A stretch of 64,000 nucleotides of DNA from contig OZ024756.1 in assembly GCA_964016885.1 (NCBI GenBank), positions 8,742,001 to 8,806,000 on the forward strand, written 5' to 3'. A model generated the notes under the pieces. The model was not told the DNA's origin. It did not search any database and saw only the letters and a list, made by a program, of their open reading frames with translations. Below, in pieces: positions 53,601 through 64,000 of this stretch. Both the position numbers and the translations under genes were made by a program. Position 1 is the stretch's first letter. The number at the start of each line of letters is the position of its first letter. This DNA comes from Eledone cirrhosa. Lineage: Eukaryota.

Positions 53601-56600
53601 CTGTGTCTCAACTGTCTTCTATATTACAGTGTCTCAACTGTCTTCTATATTACAGTGGCTCAACTGTCTTCTATATTACTGTGTCTCAACTGTCTTCTAT
53701 ATTACAGTGTCTCAACTGTCTTATATATTACAGTGGCTCAACTGTCTTCTATATTACTGTTTCTGAACTGTCTTCTATATTACAGTGTCTCAACTGTCTT
53801 CTATATTACAGTGGCTCAACTGTCTTCTATATTACTGTCTCTCAACTGTCTTCTATACTACAGTGTCTCAACAGTCTTCTATATTACAGTGTCTCAACTG
53901 TCTTCTATATTACAGTGTCTCAACTGTCTTCTATATTACAGTGTCTCAACTGTCTTCTATATTACAGTGTCTCAACTGTCTTCTATATTACAGTGTCTCA
54001 ACTGTCTTCTATATAACAGTGTCTCAACTGTCTTCTATATTACAGTGTCTCAACTGTCTTCTATATTACAGTGTCTCAACTGTCTTCTATATTACAGTGG
54101 CTGCACTGTCTTCTATATTACAGTGTCTCAACTGTCTTATATATTACAGTGGCTCAACTGTCTTCTATATTACAGTGGCTCAACTGTCTTCTATATTAAA
54201 GTGTCTCAACTGTCTTCTATATTACAGTGTCTCAACTGTCTTCTATATTACAGTGGCTGCACTGTCTTCTATATTACTGTGTCTCAACTGTCTTCTATAT
54301 TACATTGTCTCAACTGTCTTCTATATTACAGTGTCTCAACTGTCTTCTATATTACAGTGTCTCAACTGTCTTCTATATTACAGTGGCTGCACTGTCTTCT
54401 ATATTACTGTGTCTCAACTGTCTTCTATCTTACAGTGTCTCAACTGTCTTCTATATTACAGTGGCTGCACTGTCTTCTATATTACAGTGTCTCAACTGTC
54501 TTCTATATTACAGTGTCTCAACTGTCTTCTATATTACAGTGTCTCAACTGTCTTCTATATTACAGTGTCTCAACTGTCTTCTATATTACAGTGTCTCAAC
54601 TGTCTTCTATATTACAGTAGCTCAACTGTCTTCTATATTACTGTGTCTCAACTGTCTTCTATATTACAGTGTCTCAACTGTCTTCTATATTACAGTGGCT
54701 CAACTGTCTTCTATATTACTGTGTCTCAACTGTCTTCTATATTACAGTGTCTCAACTGTCTTCTATACTACAGTGTCTCAACAGTCTTCTATATTACAGT
54801 GTCTCAACTGTCTTCTATATTACAGTGTCTCAACTGTCTTCTATATTACATTGTCTCAACTGTCTTCTATATTACAGTGTCTCAACTGTCTTCTATATTA
54901 CAGTGTCTCAACTGTCTTCTATATTACAGTGTCTCAACTGTCTTCTATATTACAGTGTCTCAACTGTCTTCTATATCACAGTAGCTCAACTGTCTTCTAT
55001 ATTACAGTGTCTCAACTGTCTTCTATACTACAGTGTCTCAACTGTCTTCTATATTACAGTGTCTCAACTGTCTTCTATATTACAGTGGCTGCACTGTCTT
55101 CTATATTACAGTATCTCAACTGTCTTCTATATTACAGTGTCTCAACTGTCTTCTATATTACTGTGGTTGCACTGTCTCCTATATTACAGTGTCTCAACTG
55201 TCTTCTATATTACAGCGTCTCAACTGTCTTCTATATTACAGTGTCTCAACTGTCTTCTATATTACTGTGGTTGCACTGTCTCCTATATTACAGTGTCTCA
55301 ACTGTCTTCCATATTACAGTGGCTCAACTGTCTTCTATATTACAGTGTCTCAACTGTCTTCTATATTACAGTGGCTCAACTGTCTTCTATATTACTGTGT
55401 CTCAACTGTCTTCTATATTACAGTGTCTCAACTGTCTTCTATATTACAGTGGCTCAACTGTCTTCTATATTACTGTGTCTCAACTGTCTTCTATATTACA
55501 GTGTCTCAACTGTCTTCTATATTACAGTGTCTCAACTGTCTTCTATATTACAGTGTCTCAACTGTCTTCTATATTACAGTGTCTCAACTGTCTTCTATAT
55601 TACTGTAGCTCAACTGTCTTCTATTATTACAGTAGCTCCACTGTCTCGTATATTACAGTGTCTCAACTGTCTTCTATATTACTGTGGTTGCACTGTCTCC
55701 TATATTACAGTGTCTCAACTGTCTTCTATATTACAGTGTCTCAACTGTCTTCTATATTACAGTGTCTCAACTGTCTTCTATATTACAGTGTGTCAACTGT
55801 CTTCTATATTACTGTGGTTGCACTGTCTCCTATATTACAGTGACTCAACTGTCTTCTATATTACAGTGTCTCAACTGTCTTCTATATTACAGTGTCTAAA
55901 CTGTCTTCTATATTACAGTGTCTCAACTGTCTTCTATATTACAGTGGCTGCACTGTCTTCTATATTACAGTGTCTCAACTGTCTTCTATATTACAGTGTC
56001 TCAACTGTCTTCTATATTACAGTGTCTCAACTGTCTTCTATATTACAGTGTCTCAACTGTCTTCTATATTACTGTGGTTGCACTGTCTCCTATATTACAG
56101 TGGCTCAACTGTCTCCTATATTACATTGGCTCAACTGTCTTCTATATTACAGTGGCTGCACTGTCTTCTATATTACAGTGTCTCAACTCTCTTCTATATT
56201 ACAGTGTCAAAACTGTCTTCTATATTACAGTGTCTCAACTGTCTTCTATATTACAGTGTCTCAACTGTCTTCTATATTACAGTGTCTCAACTGTCTTCTA
56301 TATTACAGTGGCTGCACTGTCTTCTATATTACAGTGTCTCAACTATCTTCTATATTACTGTGGTTGCACTGTCTCCTATATTACTGTGGTTGCACTGTCT
56401 CCTATATTAGAGTGGCTCAACTGTCTTCTATATTACAGTGTCTCAACTGTCTTCTATATTACTGTGTCTCAACTGTCTTCCATATTACAGTCGCTGCACT
56501 GTCTTCTATATTACAGTGTCTCAACTGTCTTCTATATTACAGTGTCTAAACTGTCTTCTATATTACAGTGTCTCAACTGTCTTCTATATTACAGTGTCTC

Positions 56601-57263
56601 AACTGTCTTCTATATTACAGTGTCTCAACTGTCTTCTATATTACAGTGTCTCAAATGTCTTCTATATTACTGTGGTTGTACTGTCTCCTATATTACAGTG
56701 GCTCAACTGTCTTCTATATTACAGTGTCTAAACTGTCTTCTATATTACAGTGTCTCAACTGTCTTCTATATTACAGTGTCTAAACTGTCTTCTATATTAC
56801 AGTGTCTCAACTGTCTTCTATATTACAGTGTCTCAACTGTCTTCTATATAACAGTGTCTCAACTGTCTTCTATATTACAGTGTCTCAACTGTCTTCTATA
56901 TTACAGTGTCTCAACTGTCTTCTATATTACAGTGGCTGCACTGTCTTCTATATTACAGTGTCTCAACTGTCTTATATATTACAGTGGCTCAACTGTCTTC
57001 TATATTACAGTGGCTCAACTGTCTTCTATATTAAAGTGTCTCAACTGTCTTCTATATTACAGTGTCTCAACTGTCTTCTATATTACAGTGGCTGCACTGT
57101 CTTCTATATTACTGTGTCTCAACTGTCTTCTATATTACATTGTCTCAACTGTCTTCTATATTACAGTGTCTCAACTGTCTTCTATATTACAGTGTCTCAA
57201 CTGTCTTCTATATTACAGTGGCTGCACTGTCTTCTATATTACTGTGTCTCAACTGTCTTCTAT
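44688..57263. repeat. Near-perfect tandem duplication, period 6269 bp
   Basis: ORF pairs with identical translation (44810/51079, 45434/51703, 47125/53394, 48400/54669, 50169/56438) are all offset 6269. Private variants TTAATGTGTC, CAGAGTTTGA and GTCAAAACTG occur in both copies. Confidence 0.93.
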
Positions 57264-59650
57264 CTTACAGTGTCTCAACTGTCTTCTATATTACAGTGGC
57301 TGCACTGTCTTCTATATTACAGTGTCTCAACTGTCTTCTATATTACAGTGTCTCAACTGTCTTCTATATTACAGTGTCTCAACTGTCTTCTATATTACAG
57401 TGTCTCAACTGTCTTCTATATTACAGTGTCTCAACTGTCTTCTATATTACAGTAGCTCAACTGTCTTCTATATTACTGTGTCTCAACTGTCTTCTATATT
57501 ACAGTGTCTCAACTGTCTTCTATATTACAGTGGCTCAACTGTCTTCTATATTACTGTGTCTCAACTGTCTTCTATATTACAGTGTCTCAACTGTCTTCTA
57601 TACTACAGTGTCTCAACAGTCTTCTATATTACAGTGTCTCAACTGTCTTCTATATTACAGTGTCTCAACTGTCTTCTATATTACATTGTCTCAACTGTCT
57701 TCTATATTACAGTGTCTCAACTGTCTTCTATATTACAGTGTCTCAACTGTCTTCTATATTACAGTGTCTCAACTGTCTTCTATATTACAGTGTCTCAACT
57801 GTCTTCTATATCACAGTAGCTCAACTGTCTTCTATATTACAGTGTCTCAACTGTCTTCTATACTACAGTGTCTCAACTGTCTTCTATATTACAGTGTCTC
57901 AACTGTCTTCTATATTACAGTGGCTGCACTGTCTTCTATATTACAGTATCTCAACTGTCTTCTATATTACAGTGTCTCAACTGTCTTCTATATTACTGTG
58001 GTTGCACTGTCTCCTATATTACAGTGTCTCAGCTGTCTTCTATATTACAGCGTCTCAACTGTCTTCTATATTACAGTGTCTCAACTGTCTTCTATATTAC
58101 TGTGGTTGCACTGTCTCCTATATTACAGTGTCTCAACTGTCTTCCATATTACAGTGGCTCAACTGTCTTCTATATTACAGTGTCTCAACTGTCTTCTATA
58201 TTACAGTGGCTCAACTGTCTTCTATATTACTGTGTCTCAACTGTCTTCTATATTACAGTGTCTCAACTGTCTTCTATATTACAGTGGCTCAACTGTCTTC
58301 TATATTACTGTGTCTCAACTGTCTTCTATATTACAGTGTCTCAACTGTCTTCTATATTACAGTGTCTCAACTGTCTTCTATATTACAGTGTCTCAACTGT
58401 CTTCTATATTACAGTGTCTCAACTGTCTTCTATATTACTGTAGCTCAACTGTCTTCTATTATTACAGTAGCTCCACTGTCTCGTATATTACAGTGTCTCA
58501 ACTGTCTTCTATATTACAGTGTCTCAACTGTCTTCTATATTACAGTGTGTCAACTGTCTTCTATATTACTGTGGTTGCACTGTCTCCTATATTACAGTGA
58601 CTCAACTGTCTTCTATATTATAGTGTCTCAACTGTCTTCTATATTACAGTGTCTAAACTGTCTTCTATATTACAGTGTCTCAACTGTCTTCTATATTACA
58701 GTGGCTGCACTGTCTTCTATATTACAGTGTCTCAACTGTCTTCTATATTACAGTGTCTCAACTGTCTTCTATATTACAGTGTCTCAACTGTCTTCTATAT
58801 TACAGTGTCTCAACTGTCTTCTATATTACTGTGGTTGCACTGTCTCCTATATTACAGTGGCTCAACTGTCTCCTATATTACATTGGCTCAACTGTCTTCT
58901 ATATTACAGTGGCTGCACTGTCTTCTATATTACAGTGTCTCAACTCTCTTCTATATTACAGTGTCTAAACTGTCTTCTATATTACAGTGTCTCAACTGTC
59001 TTCTATATTACAGTGTCTCAACTGTCTTCTATATTACAGTGTCTCAACTGTCTTCTATATTACAGTGGCTGCACTGTCTTCTATATTACAGTGTCTCAAC
59101 TATCTTCTATATTACTGTGGTTGCACTGTCTCCTATATTACTGTGGTTGCACTGTCTCCTATATTAGAGTGGCTCAACTGTCTTCTATATTACAGTGTCT
59201 CAACTGTCTTCTATATTACTGTGTCTCAACTGTCTTCCATATTACAGTCGCTGCACTGTCTTCTATATTACAGTGTCTCAACTGTCTTCTATATTACAGT
59301 GTCTAAACTGTCTTCTATATTACAGTGTCTCAACTGTCTTCTATATTACAGTGTCTCAACTGTCTTCTATATTACAGTGTCTCAACTGTCTTCTATATTA
59401 CAGTGTCTCAAATGTCTTCTATATTACTGTGGTTGTACTGTCTCCTATATTACAGTGGCTCAACTGTCTTCTATATTACAGTGTCTAAACTGTCTTCTAT
59501 ATTACAGTGTCTCAACTGTCTTCTATATTACAGTGTCTAAACTGTCTTCTATATTACAGTGTCTCAACTGTCTTCTATATTACAGTGTCTCAACTGTCTT
59601 CTATATTACAGTGTCTCAACTGTCTTCTATATTACAGTGTCTCAACTGTC
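53900..59650. repeat. Tandem duplication, period 2835 bp (2757 after a 78-bp deletion)
   Basis: TATATAACAG lies at 54010 and 56845. ORF pairs 54227/57062 and 54669/57504 are offset 2835. Pairs 55892/58649 and 56438/59195 are offset 2757. Confidence 0.88.
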
Positions 59651-59749
59651 TTCTATATTACAGTGGCTGCACTGTCTTCGATATTACAGTGTCTCAACTG
59701 TCTTCTATACTACAGTGTCTCAACTGTCTTCTATATTACAGTGTCTCAA

Positions 59750-62700
59750 CTGTCTTCTATATTACTGTGGTTGCACTGTCTCCTATATTACAGTGTCTCA
59801 ACTGTCTTCTATATTACAGTGGCTCAACTGTCTTCTATATTACTGTGTCTCAACTGTCTTCTATATTACAGTGTCTCAACTGTCTTCTATATTACAGTGT
59901 CTCAACTGTCTTCTATATTACAGTAGCTCAACTGTCTTCTATATTACAGTGTCTCAACTGTCTTCTATATTACTGTGGTTGCACTGTCTCCTATATTACA
60001 GTGTCTCAACTGTCTTCTATATTACAGTGGCTCAACTGTCTTCTATATTACTGTGTCTCAACTGTCTTATATATTACAGTGTCTCAACTGTCTTCTATAT
60101 TACAGTGTCTCACCTGTCTTCTATATTACAGTAGCTCAACTGTCTTCTATATTACAGTGTCTAAACTGTCTTCTATACTACAGTGTCTCAACTGTCTTCT
60201 ATATTACAGTGTCTCAACTGTCTTCTATATTACAGTGTCTCAACTGTCTTCTATATTACAGTGTCTCAACTGTCTTCTATATTACAGTGTCTCAACTGTC
60301 TTCTATATTACAGTAGCTCAACTGTCTTCTATATTACAGTGTCTCAACTGTCTTCTATATTACAGTGTCTCAACTGTCTTCTATATTACAGTGTCTCAAC
60401 TGTCTTCTATATTACAGTAGCTCAACTGTCTTTATTACAGTGTCTAAACTGTCTTCTATACTACAGTGTCTCAACTGTCTTCTATATTACAGTGTCTCAA
60501 CTGTCTTCTATATTACAGTGTCTCAACTGTCTTCTATATTACAGTGTCTCAACTGTCTTCTATATTACAGTGTCTCAACTGTCTTCTATATTATAGTGTC
60601 TCAACTGTCTTCTATATTACAGTGTCTCAACTGTCTTCTATATTACAGTGGCTGCACTGTTTTCTATATTACTGTGTCTCAACTGTCTTCTATATTACAG
60701 TGTCTCAAATGTCTTCTATATTACAGTGTCTCAACTGTCTTCTATATTACAGTGTCTCAACTGTGTTCTATATTACAGTGTCTCAACTGTCTTCTATATT
60801 ACAGTGTCTCAACTGTCTTCTATATTACAGTAGCTCAACTGTCTTCTATATTACAGCGTCTAAACTGTCTTCTATATTACTGTGGTTGCACTGTCTCCTA
60901 TATTACAGTGTCTCAACTGTCTTCTATATTACAGTGGCTCAACTGCCTTCTATATTACTGTGTCTCAACTGTCTTCTATATTACAGTGTCTCAACTGTCT
61001 TCTATACTACAGTGTCTCAACAGTCTTCTATATTACAGTGTCTCAACTGTCTTCTATATTACAGTGTCTCAACTGTCTTCTATATTACAGTGTCTCAACT
61101 GTCTTCTATATTACAGTGTCTCAACTGTCTTCTATATTACAGTGTCTCAACTGTCTTCTATATTACAGTGTCTCAACTGTCTTCTATATCACAGTAGCTC
61201 AACTGTCTTCTATATTACAGTGTCTCAACTGTCTTCTATACTACAGTGTCTCAACTGTCTTCTATATTACAGTGTCTCAACTGTCTTCTATATTACAGTG
61301 TCTCAACTGTCTTCTATTTTACAGTGTCTCAACTGCCTTCTATATTACTATAGCTGAACTGTCTTCTATTATTACAGTAGCTCCACTGTCTCGTATATTA
61401 CAGTGTCTCAACTGTCTTCTATATTACTGTGGTTGCACTGTCTCCTATATTACAGTGTCTCAACTGTCTTCTATATTACAGTGTCTCAACTGTCTTCTAT
61501 ATTACAGTGTCTCAACTGTCTTCTATATTACAGTGTCTAAACTGTCTTCTATATTACAGTGTCTCAACTGTCTTCTATATTACAGTGGCAGCACTGTCTT
61601 CTATATTACAGTGTCTCAACTGTCTTCTATATTACAGTGTCTCAACTGTCTTCTATATTACAGTGTGTCAACTGTCTTCTATATTACTGTGTCTCAACTG
61701 TCTTCTATATTACAGTGTCTCAACTGTCTTCTATATTACAGTGTCTCAACTGTCTTCTATATTACTGTGGTTGCACTGTCTCCTATATTACAGTGTCTCA
61801 ACTGTCTTCTATATTACAGTGTCTCAACTGTCTTCTATATTACAGTGTCTAAACTGTCTTCTATATTACAGTGTCTCAACTGTCTTCTATATTACAGTGG
61901 CTGCACTGTCTTCTATATTACAGTGTCTCAACTGTCTTCTATATTACAGTGTCTCAACTGTCTTCTATATTACAGTGTCTCAACTGTCTTCTATATTACA
62001 GTGTCTCAACTGTCTTCTATATTATTGTGGTTGCACTGTCTCCTATATTACAGTGGCTCAACTGTCTTCTATATTATAGTGGCTGCACTGTCTTCTATAT
62101 TACAGTGTCTCAACTCTCTTCTATATTACAGTGTCTAAACTGTCTTCTATATTACAGTGTCTCAACTGTCTTCTATATTACAGTGTCTCAACTGTCTTCT
62201 ATATTACAGTGTCTCAACTGTCTTCTATATTACAGTGTCTCAACTGTCTTCTATATTACAGTGGCTGCACTGTCTTCTATATTACAGTGTCTCAACTGTC
62301 TTCTATATTACTGTGGTTACACTGTCTCCTATATTACTGTGGTTGCACTGTCTCCTATATTAGAGTGGCTAAACTGTCTTCTATATTACAGTGTCTAAAC
62401 TGTCTTCTATATTACAGTGTCTCAACTGTCTTCTATATTACAGTGTCTAAACTGTCTTCTATATTACAGTGTCTCAACTGTCTTCTATATTACAGTGTCT
62501 CAACTGTCTTCTATATTACAGTGTCTCAACTGTCTTCTATATTACAGTGTCTCAACTGTCTTCTATATTACTGTGGTTGCAATGTCTCCTATATTACAGT
62601 GTCTCAACTGTCTTCTATATTACAGTGGCTCAACTGTCTTCTATATTACTGTGTCTCAACTGTCTTCTATATTACAGTGTCTCAACTGTCTTCTATATTA

Positions 62701-64000
62701 CAGTGTCTCAACTGTCTTCTATATTACAGTAGCTCAACTGTCTTCTATATTACAGTGTCTCAACTGTCTTCTATATTACTGTGGTTGCACTGTCTCCTAT
62801 ATTACAGTGTCTCAACTGTCTTCTATATTACAGTGGCTCAACTGTCTTCTATATTACTGTGTCTCAACTGTCTTATATATTACAGTGTCTCAACTGTCTT
62901 CTATATTACAGTGTCTCACCTGTCTTCTATATTACAGTAGCTCAACTCTCTTCTATATTACAGTGTCTAAACTGTCTTCTATACTACAGTGTCTCAACTG
63001 TCTTCTATATTACAGTGTCTCAACTGTCTTCTATATTACAGTGTCTCAACTGTCTTCTATATTACAGTGTCTCAACTGTCTTCTATATTACAGTGTCTCA
63101 ACTGTCTTCTATATTACAGTAGCTCAACTGTCTTCTTTATTACAGTGTCTAAACTGTCTTCTATACTACAGTGTCTCAACTGTCTTCTATATTACAGTGT
63201 CTCAACTGTCTTCTATGTTACAGTGTCTCAACGGTCTTCTATATTACAGTGTCTCAACTGTCTTCTATATTACAGTGTCTCAACTGTCTTCTATATTACA
63301 GTGTCTCAACTGTCTTCTATATTACAGTGTCTCAACTGTCTTCTATATTACAGTGGCTGCACTGTCTTCTATATTACTGTGTCTCAACTGTCTTCTATAT
63401 TACAGTGTCTCAAATGTCTTCTATATTACAGTGTCTCAACTGTCTTCTATATTACAGTGTCTCAACTGTCTTCTATATTACAGTGTCTCAACTGTCTTCT
63501 ATATTACAGTGTCTCAACTGTCTTCTATATTACAGTAGCTCAACTGTCTTCTATATTACTGTGTCTCAACTGTCTTCTATATTACTGTGGTTGCACTGTC
63601 TCCTATATTACAGTGTCTCAACTGTCTTCTATATTACAGTGGCTCAACTGTCTTCTATATTACAGTGTCTCAACTGTCTTCTATACTACAGTGTCTCAAC
63701 AGTCTTCTATATTACAGTGTCTCAACTGTCTTCTATATTACAGTGTCTCAACTGTCTTCTATATTACAGTGTCTCAACTGTCTTCTATATTACAGTGTCT
63801 CAACTGTCTTCTATATTACAGTGTCTCAAATGTCTTCTATATTACAGTGTCTCAACTGTCTTCTATATCACAGTAGCTCAACTGTCTTCTATATTACAGT
63901 GTCTCAACTGTCTTCTATACTACAGTGTCTCAACTGTCTTCTATATTACAGTGTCTCAACTGTCTTCTATATTACAGTGTCTCAACTGTCTTCTATATTA
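59750..64000. repeat. Diverged duplication with ~2.6-2.8 kb offset
   Basis: ORF pairs 59975/62781 and 60183/62989 are offset 2806. The rare CTCACCTGTC variant lies at ~60109 and ~62915. Confidence 0.75.

Larger units (their letters stand above)
1..64000. repeat. 26-bp tandem satellite array, consensus AACTGTCTTCTATATTACAGTGTCTC, ~2,460 monomers, single orientation, open at both window edges
   Basis: The monomer is readable continuously from base 1 to 64000. Most units are consensus or carry 1-3 substitutions, with occasional 23/25/27/28-bp units. No non-repeat interruption was seen. Confidence 0.99.

Noticed and set aside
20-63876. Hundreds of overlapping + strand ORFs (up to 841 aa, e.g. 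49649-52174 and 31904-34378) as protein-coding genes
   Set aside because: They overlap in all three frames with the same repeat peptide and mostly start at the GTG in each monomer. Substitutions show no codon-position pattern, and there are no unique termini or domains. They are an arithmetic by-product of a stop-free 26-bp unit.
1-64000. CRISPR array or CRISPR-like repeat-spacer system (palindromic repeat of CRISPR-like length with a variable core)
   Set aside because: The repeats abut directly. The variable part is only 6 nt and consists of point-mutant relatives of the consensus, not unique acquired spacers. There is no leader and no cas gene.
1-64000. Long-unit telomeric repeat (as in some budding yeasts with units up to ~25-26 bp)
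   Set aside because: There are no G runs on either strand, the array is far longer than such telomeres, and kb-scale duplication of variants indicates recombinational rather than telomerase-templated synthesis.
1-64000. Sequencing concatemer or synthetic artefact as the origin of the whole array
   Set aside because: Complex multi-substitution variants recur in conserved order at many distant positions, which random read error would not produce. Only the two near-perfect large duplications remain possible assembly artefacts.

Overview
The whole 64-kb window is one uninterrupted, head-to-tail tandem array of a 26-bp satellite monomer. The consensus is AACTGTCTTCTATATTACAGTGTCTC (35% GC, no CpG), in about 2,460 copies that all face the same way. 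Both ends of the array lie outside the window. I found no unique sequence, genes, RNA genes, transposon insertions or CRISPR spacers. The ORF track is an artefact: the + strand consensus has no stop codon and 26 is not a multiple of 3, so all three + frames give the same 26-aa repeat (VSQLSSILQCLNCLLYYSVSTVFYIT), while the - strand carries TAA, TAG and TGA. The informative signal is in the variant monomers. They act as barcodes for a layered duplication history, with periods of 78 bp, 312/313 bp, 1.1, 1.7, 2.3-2.9, 3.83, 4.3 and 6.27 kb, and long-range paralogy at offsets of about 15, 25-29 and 53.6 kb. Substitutions appear concentrated in a 6-nt core between conserved inverted ACAGT/ACTGT arms. 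This looks like eukaryotic satellite DNA, but host and function cannot be determined from the sequence. I see no direct evidence of a novel gene system. All alignments were done by eye from diagnostic variants and ORF-track offsets, so boundaries are approximate.
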